From the NCBI GenBank assembly GCA_963733195.1, contig CAVTCR010000060.1, positions 1 to 64,000 of the forward strand: DNA of 64,000 bases. Direction: 5' to 3'. Below are positions 30,633 to 40,912 of the stretch, one piece after another. Origin of the DNA: an uncultured delta proteobacterium (lineage in GTDB: Bacteria > Desulfobacterota > Binatia > Bin18). Position numbers and translations under genes: made by a program. Below the pieces are notes generated by a model that was not told where the DNA came from, ran no database searches, and saw only the letters and a list, made by a program, of their open reading frames with translations. Position 1 is the first letter of the stretch, and the number at the start of each line of letters is the position of its first letter.

Positions 30633-32528
30633 TCATTCTTCAATTTTCTCTAGAAGACGGTCAGCAAGAGAGCCGGCGTTTCCAATCGGTTGCCCTGTGC
30701 GCCAATTGAACATGAGGGCCTTGGCTCGTACACGGCTGGTCCCTTTGGTCGGGCCTGGTGTCACTTCAACGATATATTGTCCGTACATTCTTGGAGGGCG
30801 CGTGCGGAGGTTGGTTCGTCTGCCTGACACTCTGGCACGAAGAACGCCACGTGCCGGGCTGACAACAGTGTTGGCTCCAGTCTCCTGTTTCATGAGCGCT
30901 TTCATCGTCAACAACATTCGCTTCGGGGGAACTGACACTATTCGCTCGCGGGTGGGAAATCGAGTGGTGTAAGGCAATTGTGCAGAAAGCCGGGTGATAG
31001 CATTCGACGCCGTTGACGCCTCACGAATGGGCGTGCGATTACTCACTGTCGCTGGTTGTTCTTCCCTGGCAGGGAGATCATCGGCTACCGACGGGATTTG
31101 CGTGTCGACAGAAGGAGCGGATGGTTGTTCTTTAGCACCAGGAGTGACACTCGCTGATACTGTGGATGCGCCCGTGGTTGGTGGTTTTAGGGTCGTTGGA
31201 GCATTTTCTACTTTTTTGACCGTCTCAGATGGAGATGGACTAAGGTCTTGGAGGATATTTGGTACGGCGCTTGCGGTCTGGGTAAGGGCCTCATCCTCTG
31301 TGGGTACCTTCGCACTCTTCTCGCCAACAGGTAACGACGAAATTAGTTGCGACGACTCTTTTTTCGCCGTCGGCTGAGGATCAAGAATACTCGGCGTTGG
31401 GACAGAGGCAGGACTAGTCACTTCTTGTTTTGAAGAGGAGAGACCCACTACATCTTCTGCTGAACGCGTCTCTTCTTCCTGGAGCTCGTGAAAAGCTTGT
31501 CGTTTTAGAGTATACGACATGCTCCACATCGTAAACAGAGCAACGACAACTAAGGCGGTGATCATCCCTACACCAGAGGTGGCCACCTCATATACCCGTG
31601 ACCATCGATCCCGGGTATCGTGTAACAAGGCGGCAGACAACGGTTCCAGCGGCTGGCGTACCTGAGAGGAAGAGATCTGTATCGGAGGATTGGCAGGCGT
31701 AGTATTTGTCGAGAATGTCGGTGTGGACTCTTGCTCAGAAACTTCCGCCAACAACGCTTCAACCTCTGGTGTCGGCGCAAGTTGCAGAGCCCGAGTTAAA
31801 TACTGCTTCGCACGTGCGCGTTGCCTTGATTGCAAACACTGCGTGCCCACCAAAACAAACAGCTCGTGCGCCAGCGGTTCTTCTTCTGGTGTAAAGCTAC
31901 GCCAGCGTCGTACGTCTGTAAGTGGCTGCGCCAGACCGAGCATGCCTGCGCTTTTGACCGTGGCCAGCAACCAGTACAATTTGTTGATATGCGCTTTCGG
32001 TTCTAACTCGACGAGTCGAGCAAGATATACGAGCGCCGTTTCATATTCACCGCGCTGGTAGTGAAGGTGTGCTAAGGAACGATTAGAGGCTACCTGAGTC
32101 GGATCAATTTCCAAAAGGCGTCGATGCCAATCAGCAGCCTCTGTGTCAGCATGGCGTTTTTCACACAGCCGCGCTAACAATCCCATGGACGCAACATCAT
32201 CAGGTCGTACCTGGAGAGCCTCTGTCACATACGTAACCGCAGTCTGGTCTTCGTTTCTTCTTTCACAAATCTTCGCTAACAAGCGCCACAGATTCGCGTC
32301 ACGCTGTTGCCCAGCTTCCTTGACCAGGTTGTTCATCAATTGAGGCTGGATTTGCAAGAGCATCGGAGTGTCCAGAAGTTCCGCCTCAAGTTCTGGGGTC
32401 CATCCGGTTTTTTGTATTTCTTCAAGAATAGCTTCCGGCGGGCGAGCAGACTGCTCCGATCTTTTTGCCGGTTTCTCTTCCCTTCCAGGAGCCTTTCGTG
32501 AAAGCCGCACTGATTCTACGTTCGCCAT
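30633..32528 (-). CDS. TPR-repeat bitopic membrane protein with a Pro/Ser/Thr-rich linker
   Basis: N-terminal TPR-like repeats, one TM helix (GVGMITALVVVALFTMW), low-complexity linker, basic C-terminal domain. Confidence 0.75.
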   Translation of the reverse strand: MANVESVRLSRKAPGREEKPAKRSEQSARPPEAILEEIQKTGWTPELEAELLDTPMLLQIQPQLMNNLVKEAGQQRDANLWRLLAKICERRNEDQTAVTYVTEALQVRPDDVASMGLLARLCEKRHADTEAADWHRRLLEIDPTQVASNRSLAHLHYQRGEYETALVYLARLVELEPKAHINKLYWLLATVKSAGMLGLAQPLTDVRRWRSFTPEEEPLAHELFVLVGTQCLQSRQRARAKQYLTRALQLAPTPEVEALLAEVSEQESTPTFSTNTTPANPPIQISSSQVRQPLEPLSAALLHDTRDRWSRVYEVATSGVGMITALVVVALFTMWSMSYTLKRQAFHELQEEETRSAEDVVGLSSSKQEVTSPASVPTPSILDPQPTAKKESSQLISSLPVGEKSAKVPTEDEALTQTASAVPNILQDLSPSPSETVKKVENAPTTLKPPTTGASTVSASVTPGAKEQPSAPSVDTQIPSVADDLPAREEQPATVSNRTPIREASTASNAITRLSAQLPYTTRFPTRERIVSVPPKRMLLTMKALMKQETGANTVVSPARGVLRARVSGRRTNLRTRPPRMYGQYIVEVTPGPTKGTSRVRAKALMFNWRTGQPIGNAGSLADRLLEKIEE

Positions 32529-32915
32529 GACATTTCTCTCTTTCCCACAGGACAAGGAGAAAAGACGTCCCTTCAGTTCCTAGAACTTATTGGGTCCTGC
32601 AATTATCGCAGTGAATTGACGGCTTCCCCTTTTTCTCGATGCCCACCAACCACACCGAGACCCCCAAGTTTTGGAAAATACCATTCACGGACAAACTACT
32701 GAGACAGACGCTTAGTTTACCATAGAATTTTTCTATAAGGGCTAGCTGAAGTCCATCTGTGGCAGCAGACTCCGCAAGAATCATACTTGAGTCACTCTAG
32801 GAGCGAGTTCTCTTACTGAAGCCCTCGCTTTTGAGCGAGAAAGCCCTGCGTGCGCGCGGGATTCTAGAGCTATTCTTCTTCGAGAAGGGGAAACGAACAC
32901 AGATGGGAAGGAATC

Positions 32916-32940
32916 GGGGCGTGTGGTCACACGCCCCTAC
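32916..32940. repeat. REP-like palindrome
   Basis: ggggcgtgtg-gt-cacacgcccctac. Confidence 0.75.
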
Positions 32941-32961
32941 AAGGACGGGATTAGTGCATCG

Positions 32962-33915
32962 CTACTTAATCGCTTGTGGATTCACTGGCGATCCCACTGC
33001 TCCGGTAATAGGTAGCGGAGGAGCAACGAACATGAACTCGTACACACTGTCTTTCGCACAATCGGCGGCAATGCCTTCAAGATCAAAAATCTCACCGACC
33101 AGCATCCCGGCATGAACAATGAGAATGATGTGCAACGGCTGGAATACCTCGGGGGTTTCGTTTGGCAGGACTTCTGTACCCCAGGTATCGGTTGCGTAGC
33201 CAGCCACTTGTTTTTCGCATAGCCACGCAGCACAGGAAACACCCAAGCCCGGCGCCGAGCCGCCACTGTAATCTCCCCAACTCCCGCGAGAACGAACCTG
33301 AGCAATCTGGCCGGTGCGAATGATTACAATATCGCCTTTTCCGACGCTGACTTTTTCCATTGCAGCGGCACCATCAAGGTCAGCCGGATAAATTGCCTCT
33401 CCTGGCTCGAGCCATTGCTTCCCTTTGTAGCGCGGAATGTCGAGGAGGACACCACGAGTGATAATTTTATTCGTCGCGTTCTCGATGCCATTTTTCTTTG
33501 CGCCCGAGCTGGTGACCTCGGCAGCGGAATAGCCATTGTACATCTTATTCTCGTACATGATGTGTGACAGCGCATCCCACTGGGTTGCACATTGTAAGGG
33601 CATTGTCACAGCATCATCAGCATAACGAATATTGGGCAGGTGATTCTGCGCACCGGCAACGACATCACAGCCATCCTGCAGCATGAAGTGGATCGGATTG
33701 AAGCGCCCGAATGATCCCGTCTGCGGACCTTTGTCATCAAAAGGGATAGCAAGGGAAATCGACTTCCCTTGCTTGACCAGCTTCGCTGCTTCAACAACTT
33801 TTTCCGGCGTAATGTAATTAAGCGTCCCGAGTTGATCGTTCGGTCCCCATTTGCCCCAGTTTTTATACTTCTCCGACAGCACTTGTACATCTTTCATGGT
33901 GTATTTTTCTGGCAT
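32962..33915 (-). CDS. Cyclase-family (kynurenine formamidase-like) metal-dependent hydrolase
   Basis: NWGKWGPNDQLGTLN, QCATQWDALSH, RGVLLDI, GAVGSPVNPQAIK; AAGGAG RBS before ATG 33915. Confidence 0.9.
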   Translation of the reverse strand: MPEKYTMKDVQVLSEKYKNWGKWGPNDQLGTLNYITPEKVVEAAKLVKQGKSISLAIPFDDKGPQTGSFGRFNPIHFMLQDGCDVVAGAQNHLPNIRYADDAVTMPLQCATQWDALSHIMYENKMYNGYSAAEVTSSGAKKNGIENATNKIITRGVLLDIPRYKGKQWLEPGEAIYPADLDGAAAMEKVSVGKGDIVIIRTGQIAQVRSRGSWGDYSGGSAPGLGVSCAAWLCEKQVAGYATDTWGTEVLPNETPEVFQPLHIILIVHAGMLVGEIFDLEGIAADCAKDSVYEFMFVAPPLPITGAVGSPVNPQAIK

Positions 33916-33962
33916 ATCGTGTCTCCTTCTCGCCTCGTCTTTCCATATCCATCTGTTGTTCG

Positions 33963-34952
33963 TCAACTACGGGTTTCAGAACCGAGGGTCAGGCCAGGCG
34001 CGAGTGAATATCCGCGGAGGAACTCCTCGATAGGGAGACGTTTTTTCCCTTCAAGTTGCACCTCTGTCAGTGCCAAAGCCTCAGCGCCAGTGGCAACCAC
34101 GAGACTCACAGGAGTGATCTCAGTAATCGTGCCAGGAGCAGCTGAAGAATGACGGGAGTGCGATTCCACGTGGGCAGCAAAAATTTTTAACAGTTTCCCG
34201 TTCACGGTAGTGTAGGCTGATGGCCATGGGTTAAACGCGCGAATGTGCCGCTCGATAACTATCGCCTCTCGACTCCAGTCAATGCGGCCATCCTCTTTCT
34301 TAATGAGTGGCGCATAGGTCGCGTCGGCCTCGTTTTGCGGACGGGCGACCAACTGCCCCTGTTTCAATAAACGAAGCGCTTCACCTAGGGTGTCGGCACC
34401 AAACTGTGCAAGTTTGTCGTGGAGCGAACCGCCGGTATCATCAGGAGCGATAGGAATCGCCTTTTGCAGGAGCATATCACCAGAGTCCATACGTTCGCTA
34501 ATGCGCATGATGGTGATGCCGGTTTCCGTCTCTCCGCGTGCAATCGCCCATTGGATCGGACCAGCGCCACGATACTTTGGTAAGAGCGAAGCATGCACGT
34601 TGATACAACCGAGGGGAGGCAGGTCGAGAATAGCATTCGGAAGGATCTTACCGTATGCAGCAACGATGATCAGATCAGGGTGCCACACGTGGAGTTGTTC
34701 CAGTACGCCAGGAACACGTAACTTCGCTGGCTGGAACACTGGAATACCACGTGAAGCTGCCAGCAGCTTCACTGGTGGTGCACGCATAGCCATACCGCGA
34801 CCGGAAGGTTGGTCGGGCTGGGTCATCACTCCAACGACGATGTCCTCTCCAGCGAGAAGTTTTTGCAACGAGGGTACGGCAAAGTCCGGCGTGCCCATAA
34901 AAACGACGCGTAGGAGTTGGGAGTTGGGAGTTGGGAGTTGGTAAGAGGACAT
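33963..34952 (-). CDS. fmt: Methionyl-tRNA formyltransferase
   Basis: VFMGTPDFAVP, NVHASLLPKYRGAGPI. Confidence 0.97.
   Translation of the reverse strand: MSSYQLPTPNSQLLRVVFMGTPDFAVPSLQKLLAGEDIVVGVMTQPDQPSGRGMAMRAPPVKLLAASRGIPVFQPAKLRVPGVLEQLHVWHPDLIIVAAYGKILPNAILDLPPLGCINVHASLLPKYRGAGPIQWAIARGETETGITIMRISERMDSGDMLLQKAIPIAPDDTGGSLHDKLAQFGADTLGEALRLLKQGQLVARPQNEADATYAPLIKKEDGRIDWSREAIVIERHIRAFNPWPSAYTTVNGKLLKIFAAHVESHSRHSSAAPGTITEITPVSLVVATGAEALALTEVQLEGKKRLPIEEFLRGYSLAPGLTLGSETRS
34913..34940. repeat. (GGAGTTG)4 tandem heptamer in the 5' end of fmt
   Basis: Four exact copies; encodes QLPTPNSQL on the minus strand. Confidence 0.9.
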
Positions 34953-35025
34953 TTTCAGTGGAAGCTAATGGGTTAGGGGTCGGAGCTGAGATTCTTGCTT
35001 TCTCCCAACTCCTACCGCTCTATTC

Positions 35026-35568
35026 CTAAATCCCAGGAGTCCCTTTACGAGAAGGTTCGAGTGGCCGACCTTCGCGCAGTAGCTTTTTCACTCGTCGTGC
35101 GTAGAGTTCCTTCTTCAAACGACTGATACGATCAATGAACAGTTTCCCATCAAGGTGGTCAAGTTCATGCTGAAGCGCAACGGCGAAGAGATCTTCGGCT
35201 TGTAATGTGATTTCCTTTTCATCGGGAGTCCAGGCTTTGACCTCAATTTTTGCTGCACGCTTTACTTCTGCGGTGTAATCCACCACGCTCAAGCAGCCCT
35301 CTTCCCAAATCACTTCTCCTTCACGGGCGGTGATAACTGGATTAATGAGTTTGACGAGTTCTTTTCCGGGCTCTTCATGGTTGACGTCAAGCACAACAAT
35401 GCGTTGCGGAATGCCAAGCTGAACGGCTGCGAGCCCGATGCCAGGAGCATCGTACATCGTCTGTACCATGTCATCGACCAATTGCGCGAGATTGCCAGTA
35501 ATATTAGCTACCGGTCCGGAGTTCTGCTTGAGGCGGGGGTCAGGATAATGAAGAATTTCTCTGATCAT
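35026..35568 (-). CDS. def: Peptide deformylase
   Basis: GIGLAAVQ, EGCLS, QHELDHLDG. Confidence 0.97.
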   Translation of the reverse strand: MIREILHYPDPRLKQNSGPVANITGNLAQLVDDMVQTMYDAPGIGLAAVQLGIPQRIVVLDVNHEEPGKELVKLINPVITAREGEVIWEEGCLSVVDYTAEVKRAAKIEVKAWTPDEKEITLQAEDLFAVALQHELDHLDGKLFIDRISRLKKELYARRVKKLLREGRPLEPSRKGTPGI

Positions 35569-35575
35569 GGTTGAC

Positions 35576-37909
35576 CTATAACATGTCGTATGGATCGACA
35601 TCAACGACGAGGCGCACCCCTGCAGAGCGGCTCTTTGCGCGCAATAGTTCCGCGGTTTTTCTCACGACAGCATGCAACGTGCGGCGGTCTTCGCCTTTCA
35701 CCAGCACTTGCCAACGCTCTCGTCCATTCAGGCGTTCAAGGGGCGCAGGAGCAGGGCCAAGAATAATAGGCATATTTTTTTGTACGTCGCGTATGTTCGC
35801 AACTAAACTTTCGGCGACATTCTCTGCATAGGCCTTCACTTTTTCTCCGTCCCGTCCCTCACAGCGAATACACACCATACGCGTAAATGGGGGATAACCG
35901 AGCTGCTTGCGATAGCGCAGTTCCTGGGTCGCAAAGTGAGTGAAATTCTGTCGTGCGGCAAATCGCACACTGTAGTGCTCCGGTAGATATGTCTGGATGA
36001 TCACACGTCCACTTTCTGTCCCACGACCCGCACGACCCGCAACCTGAGTTAAGACTTGAAACGTCCGCTCTGCTGCACGGAAGTCAGGAAAATGGAGCGA
36101 GCTATCGGCGCGTAATACGCCGACCAACGTCACCCCGGGAACATCGTGCCCCTTCGCAACCATCTGTGTTCCAATGAGAATATCCAAGTCATGCACCCGC
36201 CACGCTTTGATGACACGGTTGAGAGCTCCACGACGACTAACGCTATCACGATCTAGTCGCGCAGTTCTGGCTTCAGGAAGAAAACTCTGCAGTGCCTCCT
36301 CCACTTGTTCAGTGCCAAATCCCGAACCTTGGAGAGAAGGTTCGCGACACGTGGGACACTGATCAAATGCTGGCTGTGCAAACCCACAGTAATGACAACG
36401 GAGCAGTCGCCCCTTGAGATGAAAGGTGAGCGTAACACTACACTGCTTGCAAGTGACAACTTCTCCACACAGCCGACACTGTAGATAGTTGGCATAACCA
36501 CGGCGATTCACGAACAGCAGACTTTGCTTGTGTGCATGATAATTTTCTACCAACTCCTGCTTGAGGAGGGCAGAAAAAATTGCATCCCCACCTTTGCTTC
36601 TGCTTTCTTTCCGCAGGTCAACAACTTCAATCACCGGCAACGGGCGGGATTCGACTCGCTCAGGCAGCGTCAGAATTGAATAACGCGCGGTTTGTCCGTT
36701 CACGTAACTTTCAAGTGACGGAGTGGCCGAACCAAGAACCACAGGACAAGAAGCGAGCTGCCCACGCATAACCGCAAGGTCTCGTGCGTTATAGCGCACC
36801 CCATCTTGTTGTTTGTAAGCAGTATCATGCTCTTCATCGACAATCACAAGTCCGAGCTGCTGCATCGGCGCAAAGACAGCTGAGCGAACACCGACCACAA
36901 CGCGGGCTTCTCCTCGTGCAATGCGTCGCCATTCAGCCCAACGCGCGCTCGCAACAAGGCCACTGTGCAACACTGCCACCTGTGAACCAAAGCGCTGTTC
37001 GACTTCCTCGACCAACTGCGAAGTCAAGGCAATTTCCGGCACTAACAGGAGTACGCTTTTCTCCAAGGCCACGGCCTGTTGCGCGGCACGTAAGTAGACC
37101 TCGGTCTTGCCGCTTCCTGTTACTCCATGCAAAAGGAACGTCCGAAAGAGTACGTTTTTCAGAGCGACGTTAATCTCCTGCAACGCGTACACTTGAGACG
37201 CAGAAAGAGCGAGAGCGCTCTTAGTGTTCGTCACTTCACGAGAAGACATCTCATCGGTTACCTGTCCCAACGAAGTACGCCTTCGTCGAGGAAGGTGTTC
37301 TTTCACTTCCACAAGGCCCCCAGCTTCAAGGCGTTGTAGGACTTTGCTGAGAGAAAGAGTTGGGAACTTCTGCTTCAGTGTCTTCGTCGTCACTCGTGTC
37401 TTCTGACGAAGGAATGTAAGAATCTCTTCTTCACTCCGAGAGAGCACAGTAAGTGCTGCTTCATCACGTTGAATGATGGGTTCTTCCGCAATCGTAATCT
37501 GTGGTATTCTTCCTCCCTTTTCTTTTTTCAGCTTTACTACCTGAGCACTTTCACTTCGCAGTCCACTCGGCAATATTGTACTCAGCATCTCTCCTGCCGA
37601 TGTAAGGTAATAATGCGAAGCCCATTTCCATAGACGAATCATGTCCTCAGAGAAAACAATATCTTCTTCTAATATACCAAGAATATCCTTTATGTTTTTT
37701 TCTGAAGCAGCATCAGCGGAGGAGGAAATTGACGTAACTATTCCCGTTACTTTTCGCTTGTTTACAGAAACAATTACACATGCCCCTGGAACTATTCGAC
37801 AAACAAGTGTATCTGGGACACGATATGTCAATTCTTCAAGAGAAGTTGTGGAAAAAGAGAGTGCTACTGAGGCAAAAACTGGGGGAGAAGACTTTTCCGA
37901 ATTTAACAT
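35576..37909 (-). CDS. priA: Primosomal protein N'
   Basis: GVTGSGKTEVY, DEEH, NRRGY, CxxC zinc pairs, QVAGRAGR. Confidence 0.97.
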   Translation of the reverse strand: MLNSEKSSPPVFASVALSFSTTSLEELTYRVPDTLVCRIVPGACVIVSVNKRKVTGIVTSISSSADAASEKNIKDILGILEEDIVFSEDMIRLWKWASHYYLTSAGEMLSTILPSGLRSESAQVVKLKKEKGGRIPQITIAEEPIIQRDEAALTVLSRSEEEILTFLRQKTRVTTKTLKQKFPTLSLSKVLQRLEAGGLVEVKEHLPRRRRTSLGQVTDEMSSREVTNTKSALALSASQVYALQEINVALKNVLFRTFLLHGVTGSGKTEVYLRAAQQAVALEKSVLLLVPEIALTSQLVEEVEQRFGSQVAVLHSGLVASARWAEWRRIARGEARVVVGVRSAVFAPMQQLGLVIVDEEHDTAYKQQDGVRYNARDLAVMRGQLASCPVVLGSATPSLESYVNGQTARYSILTLPERVESRPLPVIEVVDLRKESRSKGGDAIFSALLKQELVENYHAHKQSLLFVNRRGYANYLQCRLCGEVVTCKQCSVTLTFHLKGRLLRCHYCGFAQPAFDQCPTCREPSLQGSGFGTEQVEEALQSFLPEARTARLDRDSVSRRGALNRVIKAWRVHDLDILIGTQMVAKGHDVPGVTLVGVLRADSSLHFPDFRAAERTFQVLTQVAGRAGRGTESGRVIIQTYLPEHYSVRFAARQNFTHFATQELRYRKQLGYPPFTRMVCIRCEGRDGEKVKAYAENVAESLVANIRDVQKNMPIILGPAPAPLERLNGRERWQVLVKGEDRRTLHAVVRKTAELLRAKSRSAGVRLVVDVDPYDML

Positions 37910-37974
37910 TTGACAAATTGGTTTTCGTATTGCATAGTAAGTAGTCGAAATACATTGATTGTTGATATACGAAT

Positions 37975-39066
37975 ATGGCGACTTCAGGAAACAGTATTAT
38001 CAGCTCTCTTACTTCTCTCCTTCCATTCGGAGATAAAAGTTATCTGACCCTCGACATTGGTTCAAGTTCAGTCAAGATGCTCGAAGTAAAAGGGAGGGGG
38101 CGATCTTTACGTGTGCTAAAGGCTGGCATTATGCCAATTGCTGCAAACGCTGTGCAAGGGAATATTGTCCAGAGCCCTGGAAGTGTTGCAGATGCCATTC
38201 GCACGTTGATTGAAGATCACGAAATTAAGACAAAAAATGTCATAACCTCGGTCCCCGGTCCGTCAGTCATCATCAAGCGGGCGAATTTTCCAGCTCAAGA
38301 TCCTAGAGAACTCCAAGAAACAATTCTTTTCGAGGCAGGGAATTTCATTCCAGAAAGCCTCGAGAACGTCAATCTCGACTACCAGGTCCTTACCCCAGAA
38401 GTGAAGGTCGATAATGTTGAAGTATTGTTAGTGGCAGTTAGAAAAGACGTCATCAACAGCTATGTTGACTCAATCAATGAAGCTGGCCTCATCCCTGTTG
38501 TAGCTGATGTTGATTACTTCGCTTTAGAAAACATGTTTGAAATTAATTATATTAAAGAGCCTGACGAAATTGTCGCTCTTATCAACATTGGCGCGCATTA
38601 CTCCCTCATTAATGTCATGAAGGGAGGACGATCTGCATTCACAGGCGATGTGCCTTTTGGTGGTCAGCAGTTCACCGATATTCTTTCTAGAGAATTGGGA
38701 GTTAGTTCAACGCAAGCTGAAGACGCAAAGATCAATGGCATTCTAGCCGGCCACAGTTCAGAGAGCGTTGAACGGATTATTTCTTCAGCCTCTGAGCAAC
38801 TGTTTGATGAAATACAGCATGCCCTCAGTTTTTTTGGCTCAGGCTCGACAGAGGAACAGGTTAGCACAATCTACCTTAGTGGCGGAACAGCGCAACTGCC
38901 TGGATTAGCTGCAAATATGAGCCAAAAACTCAGTATTCCTGTTGAAGTATCTGACCCTTTTCGTCATGTGAGCATTAACAGCCAAGATGAAGAATTTGTT
39001 CGCCAAAACGCGTCGAGTTTTGCTGTTAGTGTTGGCTTAGCTACGAGGAGACCCGGAGACCGATGA
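37975..39066 (+). CDS. pilM: Type IV pilus assembly protein PilM
   Basis: LDIGSSSVK actin-like fold, LSGGTA, SVGLATR; first gene of pilMNOPQ. Confidence 0.93.
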   Translation: MATSGNSIISSLTSLLPFGDKSYLTLDIGSSSVKMLEVKGRGRSLRVLKAGIMPIAANAVQGNIVQSPGSVADAIRTLIEDHEIKTKNVITSVPGPSVIIKRANFPAQDPRELQETILFEAGNFIPESLENVNLDYQVLTPEVKVDNVEVLLVAVRKDVINSYVDSINEAGLIPVVADVDYFALENMFEINYIKEPDEIVALINIGAHYSLINVMKGGRSAFTGDVPFGGQQFTDILSRELGVSSTQAEDAKINGILAGHSSESVERIISSASEQLFDEIQHALSFFGSGSTEEQVSTIYLSGGTAQLPGLAANMSQKLSIPVEVSDPFRHVSINSQDEEFVRQNASSFAVSVGLATRRPGDR

Positions 39067-39752
39067 TCCGTATTAACCTCATATCAGCAAGGGAAGCTGA
39101 ACAAGCTACCTCTCGTAGAACAGAGGTCATTTTCCTTAGCCTCGGCATTGCCGCGTTGCTTGGCGCCCTTGCATGGACGCACCTCGGCACCCAAAGCGAA
39201 TTACAGACGGCTACCACAAATGTAGAAAAGCTAGAAGTCGATGTAGAAACGATTCGTAGGCAAAATCAAGAAGTTGAAAGACTCGAGCAACAAAAGATTG
39301 ATGTCGAAAAGAAACTGACAGTTGTCCGACTGCTAACTTCAGCTGAGCGGCGTTCGGCATCAGTCCATATTCTTGACGATCTGAGCTCAAGCACTCCAGA
39401 GTATCTTTGGCTGACGGATTTCACTGAAGTCAAAGGAGCAGCAAAGATAAACGGGAGAGCTGTGGACAACCAGACGATTGCGTCTTTTGCGCGTGACTTG
39501 TCGCGGTCGAAATATTTTCAGAAAGTTGAGATTCGCGAGACAGCTCAAGAAGACCCAACAACTCAGCGCTCACCTCGGGGTTCGCTGAATCAACAAGGAG
39601 GCGCTAATCCTCCAATTCCGGTGAAGCGGTTTCTCATTGAAGCTGCAGTTAACTACATTCCGATAACAAAAAAAGTGACCGAATCTGAAACTACAACTAG
39701 AGACATTTCGGGCACGAGCGAGACTGGCCAAAAAACCGAGGGAGGAGAGTAA
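39063..39752 (+). CDS. pilN: Type IV pilus assembly protein PilN
   Basis: MIRINL motif, TM helix, coiled coil, LWLT. Confidence 0.92.
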   Translation: MIRINLISAREAEQATSRRTEVIFLSLGIAALLGALAWTHLGTQSELQTATTNVEKLEVDVETIRRQNQEVERLEQQKIDVEKKLTVVRLLTSAERRSASVHILDDLSSSTPEYLWLTDFTEVKGAAKINGRAVDNQTIASFARDLSRSKYFQKVEIRETAQEDPTTQRSPRGSLNQQGGANPPIPVKRFLIEAAVNYIPITKKVTESETTTRDISGTSETGQKTEGGE

Positions 39753-39755
39753 GAG

Positions 39756-40379
39756 ATGGATCGATTCTTTGAACTTCCCCTCAGCCGGCGAATACTTGTC
39801 TATGGAATGGTTTTTCTTCTGCTCGCAGTCCTGTACTGGTATTTCTTTTATCAACCAGTAGTCGCACAAATTGAAGAAAAGCTGAATCGTCAAAGTGAAC
39901 TTGAAGCTGAGCAAACCAAACTCAAGAGCACTCTGAAGGATCGAAAAAAACTGAGCGAAGATATTGCTGAAATTGAGGCACGTTTTAAAGAAGCGACGAC
40001 CCAGCTCCCGGAAGAAAAAGAAATTCCGGAATTACTTCGTCAGGTTTCCAATCTCGGCCGTGATTCAGGGTTAGAGATCACCCTTTTCCGTCAACAAGCA
40101 GAGACTCTACAAGATCTGCACGCAGAAGTGCCGGTCGAAATGGCAGTACGTGGGGGATACCATCAGATCGCCTTGTTTTTCGAAAAAGTGCGCCACCTCG
40201 ATCGGATTGTGAACATCAGTGATATCGGAATCAAAAATCCCCAGATGGTCGATGGTCGCTTACAAGTAGATGCTTCTTTTTTTGCAACGACCTATCGCTT
40301 CTTGACAGAAGAAGAACGAGCACGAATTGCAAAGCAAAAAGAAGAAGAAGCAAAGAAAAAAGGCGGGAATGGGTCATGA
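39756..40379 (+). CDS. pilO: Type IV pilus assembly protein PilO
   Basis: QLPEEKEIPELL, GGYHQIALFF, RIVNI. Confidence 0.93.
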   Translation: MDRFFELPLSRRILVYGMVFLLLAVLYWYFFYQPVVAQIEEKLNRQSELEAEQTKLKSTLKDRKKLSEDIAEIEARFKEATTQLPEEKEIPELLRQVSNLGRDSGLEITLFRQQAETLQDLHAEVPVEMAVRGGYHQIALFFEKVRHLDRIVNISDIGIKNPQMVDGRLQVDASFFATTYRFLTEEERARIAKQKEEEAKKKGGNGS

Positions 40380-40876
40380 ACGCTACGCGTTCACCTCAAC
40401 ATTGGGCCAGTCTTGTTTGTCTGGGACTCTGCTTGTCCCTTTTTCAGCCGCGATCGATTCCTGTCGCACAGGCACAAGAGCGCAGCGCAGAAGAAAATTA
40501 TCGGTATGAACCCAGTGGAAAACGAGATCCATTCTTCTCACCCCTTCATCGGGTCACCGAAACAGCGCCGGTTCCAGATGAGGCAAAGACACCACTTCAG
40601 CGTTTAGACCTTGGACAATTTAAACTCGTGGGCGTCATCCTTGACACTAGTGAACCGAAAGCATTGATCGAGGATAATAGTGGCCTTGGTTATATCGTTA
40701 CGCGTGGCACCCTCATTGGGGCAAAAGGTGGGGTCATCAGAGCAATAGAATCTCGACGAGTTGTCGTCGAGGAATATGATGTCGATTTTTATGGCAAACG
40801 CCAATTGCACGAACGCGAACTGAACCTCACGGTTGCAGACGCGAGCATAGAAGGCGAAACGAACAGCGCTAAATAA
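40376..40876 (+). CDS. pilP: Type IV pilus assembly protein PilP
   Basis: YEPSGKRDPF, PLQRLDLGQFKLVG. Confidence 0.9.
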   Translation: MNATRSPQHWASLVCLGLCLSLFQPRSIPVAQAQERSAEENYRYEPSGKRDPFFSPLHRVTETAPVPDEAKTPLQRLDLGQFKLVGVILDTSEPKALIEDNSGLGYIVTRGTLIGAKGGVIRAIESRRVVVEEYDVDFYGKRQLHERELNLTVADASIEGETNSAK

Positions 40877-40912
40877 AGACCGTGCGCGTAGCGCGTAGTG
40901 GGGGATGCGGGG

